This document shows, in pieces, positions 60,175-64,000 of a stretch of DNA of 64,000 bases. The stretch lies in the NCBI GenBank assembly GCA_048938105.1, contig JBHLMN010000008.1:174138-238137 (forward strand). Direction: 5' to 3'. The notes below the pieces were generated by a model, which saw only the letters and a list, made by a program, of their open reading frames with translations, was not told the DNA's origin and ran no database searches. Within the stretch, counting starts at the first letter, position 1, and every line of letters starts with the position of its first letter. This stretch comes from Promethearchaeota archaeon (GTDB taxonomy: Archaea; Asgardarchaeota; Heimdallarchaeia; Hodarchaeales; Hodarchaeaceae). A program made the position numbers and the translations under genes.

Positions 60175-60561
60175 GTGACAACTATGAAGATGTCAATAAG
60201 AGCTGCTTATAATTTATTAGGATTGACATGTCCAACTAATTTACGAAATGTAAAAATTAGATTTCGTAGATTAGCAAAAAAATATCACCCAGATGTTAAT
60301 GATGATGAAAATGCCTCATTACAATTCCAGAATATTTATATGGCTTATGAAACTATACTGGAATCATTGGGAGAATCATCAAAAACCATTGAATCAGAAT
60401 TCGCAGATGATTTAACTTGGTTCTATGAGTGGCATAGGGATAGACGTATTAAAGCAGATATGGATCCATTTGAAGTAAGATATGAGCATTATTGGATGCC
60501 CAAGATTGCTAAAATGTTAGAAAACTTGAAGAAACAAAAAATGAAAAAGAAAGATCAATAA
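60175..60561 (+). CDS. J-domain (DnaJ type III) protein
   Basis: AY.LLG, FRRLAKKYHPDVN, AYE. Confidence 0.85.
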   Translation: MTTMKMSIRAAYNLLGLTCPTNLRNVKIRFRRLAKKYHPDVNDDENASLQFQNIYMAYETILESLGESSKTIESEFADDLTWFYEWHRDRRIKADMDPFEVRYEHYWMPKIAKMLENLKKQKMKKKDQ

Positions 60562-60579
60562 TCGTCTAGGGGAATTCTA

Positions 60580-60990
60580 ATGATAGACTGCAAATTCTGT
60601 GATATTATCAATGGTAAAGAACCCGGAATTCGTATTTATGAAGACAAAAAGACTGTAGCTATTTTAGATATTTACCCCATTGCAAAAGGACACACGCTTG
60701 TTATTCCCAAAGTTCATTCAAGAAATCTATTTGACATTCAAAAGGCTGACATGTCGGCAGTTGGAATAACAGTCTGTCGTGTGGCTAATGTGTTGAAACA
60801 AGTCCTTCAATGTGATGGGATCAATATTTTTCAAGGAAATGAAAAAGCAGCATTACAAGAGATATTCCATACACATTTTCATGTACTACCACGGTGGTTT
60901 AATGACAACATTGTTTTTGGAGCACAACGAGAAAGACTTAAGGAAGATCCTGTATTGGTATCGAAATTGAAACAGAGTTTCCTTGGATAA
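60580..60990 (+). CDS. HIT family protein
   Basis: CKFC, GHTLVIPK, HTHFHVLPR. Confidence 0.92.
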   Translation: MIDCKFCDIINGKEPGIRIYEDKKTVAILDIYPIAKGHTLVIPKVHSRNLFDIQKADMSAVGITVCRVANVLKQVLQCDGINIFQGNEKAALQEIFHTHFHVLPRWFNDNIVFGAQRERLKEDPVLVSKLKQSFLG

Positions 60991-61010
60991 TCAGAACGAG
61001 GTGTCTTGGT

Positions 61011-62168
61011 ATCTCCGAATTTCAGAACCAAATACTTCATGGAGATGCATTTGAACTTGTTGAAGATTTGTCTGATAACTCAATTGATACTGTAATCACA
61101 AGCCCACCCTACTGGCGTCAAGTAAGATATAGTGAATCTGAAGATGAATTAGGACAGGAAAGTACTCCACATGAATATATAGAGAAAATTTGTCGCCTCT
61201 TCAATAAAATAAAACCCAAGATCAAGGATCATGGATCACTCTGGATAAATGTTGCAGATAATTACATTAGTAATAAATTAAAGAAGAATGGATCTAAAAA
61301 ATCTCTCATACACTCTTTAAGTCTTGCAGCGATTCCTGAGCTCTTTAAAACTGCTATGGTTTATACATATGGATGGATTTGCCGAAATGATATTATTTGG
61401 TATAAACCAAACGCCCGACCAAGTGGTGGGGTTTCTAGTCGCTTTGGAGTCGATTATGAAAGACTATTTTGGTTCATTAAAAGTCCTCATTATTATTTTG
61501 TCACCCAACGTCTCCCTCATGAATGGATTGAAAAAGATAACCTTTCATTAATAGGTAAATCGAGTAAAGCAGAGCTAGCGGAGGGAAAAGAAAGTACAGG
61601 TATGCATGAAGTATTGAGTTTGCGAGGTAAGCCTCGCACAAAAAGATATCACCCGTTAGGGAAATTAATGCGAAGTGTGTGGCCTATTGACGTTCGTTCT
61701 GACGAAAAACCTTTTGTTATCTACCCCACAATTTGGGCAATTAATACTACTGGGTACTCTGGAAAGCATTTTGCTCCGTTCCCTTCTAAACTAGTGTATC
61801 GACTTTTAACAGCTACTTGTCCAAGAAGAGTTTGTATTAACTGTGGAAAGCCAATTTATGATTCTTTAGTCGAGAGGTATTATCCAAGAACCACACACAA
61901 AATCCTCTGTGATTGCGGAACAGCTTTAGATTCCAATAATTCTACTCCAGGGTGTGTTTATGATCCACTCGCTGGAACAGGTACAGTAGCAAAAGCAGCA
62001 ATTGAATGTGGAAGAAACTTCATTGTAAGCGAGATCCTCAAAGACAATGTTCAGCAAATACATAATAGAATTAATGATGCTAAATTCAAAGCATATTATA
62101 TGATGGAATTTTTGGATTATACAGAAAAACTGAAGAAAAATTCATCTGAAGAAAATAAAGGGCTATAA
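61011..62168 (+). CDS. Beta-class DNA methyltransferase (SPPY) with Zn-ribbon insertion, orphan; probable ATC start
   Basis: TSPPYW, IIWYKPN, HFAPFP, CINC...CDC insert, DPLAGTGT. The conserved NQILHGDAFEL segment is in frame upstream of the track's TTG (61068); GAGGTG at 60998-61003 lies 7 nt before ATC at 61011. Confidence 0.85.
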   Translation: MSEFQNQILHGDAFELVEDLSDNSIDTVITSPPYWRQVRYSESEDELGQESTPHEYIEKICRLFNKIKPKIKDHGSLWINVADNYISNKLKKNGSKKSLIHSLSLAAIPELFKTAMVYTYGWICRNDIIWYKPNARPSGGVSSRFGVDYERLFWFIKSPHYYFVTQRLPHEWIEKDNLSLIGKSSKAELAEGKESTGMHEVLSLRGKPRTKRYHPLGKLMRSVWPIDVRSDEKPFVIYPTIWAINTTGYSGKHFAPFPSKLVYRLLTATCPRRVCINCGKPIYDSLVERYYPRTTHKILCDCGTALDSNNSTPGCVYDPLAGTGTVAKAAIECGRNFIVSEILKDNVQQIHNRINDAKFKAYYMMEFLDYTEKLKKNSSEENKGL

Positions 62169-62209
62169 ATTAAAAATAAGACTTTCTCCAAAAGTAAATC
62201 TTCGAAGAG

Positions 62210-62656
62210 ATGAGGTATATGTCTGTAAATGAAGGAAAGTTTATAATTGGTATAGGTGCAATTATTGAACATTTTAAGTCTGGTAAGATACTTCTCCTCC
62301 ATAGAGCTCCATCTATAGATTTTGCGAGTAACCAGTGGGATGATGTTGGTGGGCGTATGCGCCAATTTGAAACTCCAGAAGAGACATTAAAGAGAGAGGT
62401 GAAAGAGGAAACAGGTATAACACATCTGGTTGTTGTTAAACCAATAGATGTGTCACATTACTTTCGAGGAAACAAGCTTGCTGATAATGAAATGATAGTT
62501 ATTACATATTGGTGTAAAACTCCATCTGATGAAATAACTCTCTCTAAAGAACATGATGATTATCGATGGGTTTTTCCAGAGGAAGCTTTGTCATTAATAG
62601 ATGATCCCCCTCTGAAGAATAATATTCTAAGATATATTGAAGAGAGAAAGTCTTAA
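62210..62656 (+). CDS. Nudix hydrolase
   Basis: GG....ETPEETLKREVKEETG Nudix box; LSKEHDDYRW. Confidence 0.9.
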   Translation: MRYMSVNEGKFIIGIGAIIEHFKSGKILLLHRAPSIDFASNQWDDVGGRMRQFETPEETLKREVKEETGITHLVVVKPIDVSHYFRGNKLADNEMIVITYWCKTPSDEITLSKEHDDYRWVFPEEALSLIDDPPLKNNILRYIEERKS

Positions 62657-62715
62657 AGTTCACTAGGAGGTCTAAAATAGATCAAAAAGATAAATTAATT
62701 AGTCTACAGGCTTAA

Positions 62716-63333
62716 TTATGACTCTAAAAACTTATAAATAATTACAATAAGTCCCAACATTGTAAAAGTGAAGCCAAAGAAGATTATAATAACCCCAAGA
62801 AATCCAAGAACATCAATGTAAGGAGGTTTATCCTTACAGATTGTTATACGCCAGCTATCTGCATTGATATCAGAAAGAATAACTTCTAATTGCGTTTCAG
62901 AAGTTGATCTGGGAGTGAAGCTTTCTTTTATGAAATCGCTAACAGGGGAGGGATCTTCTTCATCGTAGCTGTCATCATACAAATATCGTTTAGCAATCAA
63001 CAGATCATTAATATAAAATTCAGCTGTTGCAGAAGTCTTTGTGGGTAAAGATACTCCATCATGATATTCAGAAGCTTCGATCTCTATATAAACCTCGTAG
63101 GTATGATTAACTTCCATTAGAAAAGTAATACTCGTATAAGAACTAGAACCTTTTGATTCATGAACTGTATATTTTGTAAAACTCTCCCCCATTTCACCCA
63201 ACATAAAGAAACCTATTAAGAGAAGAATAATGCCTATAATCATAATAATAGCTGCTAAGATTTTCTTTTGTGAATCACTTAATTTTTCAAATTTCGACCA
63301 TATAGTTTTGAACATAAATAATGAAAGACACAT
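62716..63333 (-). CDS. Hypothetical membrane protein (TM - beta-rich domain - TM)
   Basis: Hydrophobic segments at both ends flanking a soluble domain. Confidence 0.65.
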   Translation of the reverse strand: MCLSLFMFKTIWSKFEKLSDSQKKILAAIIMIIGIILLLIGFFMLGEMGESFTKYTVHESKGSSSYTSITFLMEVNHTYEVYIEIEASEYHDGVSLPTKTSATAEFYINDLLIAKRYLYDDSYDEEDPSPVSDFIKESFTPRSTSETQLEVILSDINADSWRITICKDKPPYIDVLGFLGVIIIFFGFTFTMLGLIVIIYKFLES

Positions 63334-63418
63334 ATTTTTAAAATAGCTTTCTACATCTATCTATGCTGAATTTTCTACTCGAAAAGCATCTTATCGAATT
63401 CAAAGATAGAGTGTAATA

Positions 63419-63892
63419 ATGATGTATTTTCAGATTTATGATGAAATTAATGCAATTTTAGTCTGTCAAAAGAAAAATGTTAAGATTGGGGGTATTTCAT
63501 TAATAATTGTAGGGATATTAGCATTCATTCTCATGCTACAATTTACAGACCCAATTAACATTCCAATTGTCTCAATAATCCCCTTAACAATAGTTTTAAT
63601 TGGCATATTTGTAATCTTTTACAAAACTTTGATTACTGTAGATCACTCCAGTGGAAAAGTTATTCGTCAGACAAATATTCTCGGATTTTATAAATGGGTT
63701 CGAAATGTCTGGGATGTAGACAAGATTGTAGAATTGAAGAGAGAATATTGGGAACCCTATGATGATGAACCAGGATATAATAAGTTTAAATTGAAAATTT
63801 CCGATAAAGAGGATGAAATTACTATTTTTAAATCTCATTTAGAATATGAAAACGTTATCAAGCATTTCAATCTCTATATCAAGGGTTTGTAA
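63419..63892 (+). CDS. Hypothetical membrane protein (2 TM + PH-like soluble domain suspected)
   Basis: Two adjacent TM helices followed by a beta-rich C-terminus. Confidence 0.55.
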   Translation: MMYFQIYDEINAILVCQKKNVKIGGISLIIVGILAFILMLQFTDPINIPIVSIIPLTIVLIGIFVIFYKTLITVDHSSGKVIRQTNILGFYKWVRNVWDVDKIVELKREYWEPYDDEPGYNKFKLKISDKEDEITIFKSHLEYENVIKHFNLYIKGL

Positions 63893-64000
63893 CAGCTGAT
63901 TTGATACTAGGTTTTACTAGTAAAATCTAGGCAAATATTACGAGATTTCTCAGTTAGAAAAAGAAATGTAAACCGAGGAAAAGAGAAAAAAAGAGGGTGA

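Noticed and set aside
2814-63838. Numerous 60-120 aa ORFs antisense to or overlapping the long genes (e.g. 17355-18263, 22472-22835, 45562-45955, 53790-54995)
   Set aside because: Shadow ORFs of well-supported genes, with no independent motifs
1-64000. CRISPR arrays, tRNA/rRNA genes, transposases, integrases, restriction endonucleases
   Set aside because: None recognised by eye; intergenic regions are short and AT-rich. tRNAscan-SE and Infernal would be needed to exclude small RNAs formally.

Overview
AT-rich (roughly one-third GC by eye), gene-dense archaeal chromosome segment, most likely from an Asgard archaeon (Heimdallarchaeia-like). This assignment is an inference from a Rab/Arf-like small GTPase, archaeal-type GluRS and HMG-CoA synthase, GAGGTG/GGTGA Shine-Dalgarno sites, and several surface proteins with PGF-like C-terminal anchors. 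The first ~18.5 kb are an alpha-glucan utilisation locus: two tandem secreted GH57 enzymes (the first runs off the window and is missing from the ORF track), a surface-anchored MapP/RgfB-like phosphatase with three 101-aa repeats, a P-loop protein, a GH133 debranching enzyme, cytoplasmic and surface-anchored CBM48-esterase paralogs, a GH13 MalZ-like enzyme and a GPH symporter. I propose it handles phosphorylated or acylated alpha-glucans. Next come a prpBCDE methylcitrate operon (PrpC has a His-to-Asn change at a catalytic site) and a three-gene corrinoid / homocysteine methyltransferase / non-pyrrolysine MttB operon that suggests folate-independent methionine synthesis from methylated amines. 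The rest holds three orphan DNA methyltransferases, a decayed partial gene duplication, an ABC exporter, gltX, ribA, an HMG-CoA synthase-DUF35 fusion preceded by a tandem palindromic operator, mutM and a Cwh43/PGAP2IP-like membrane phosphoesterase. I found no rRNA, tRNA, CRISPR array or transposase. All family calls come from motif recognition; no database search was run.
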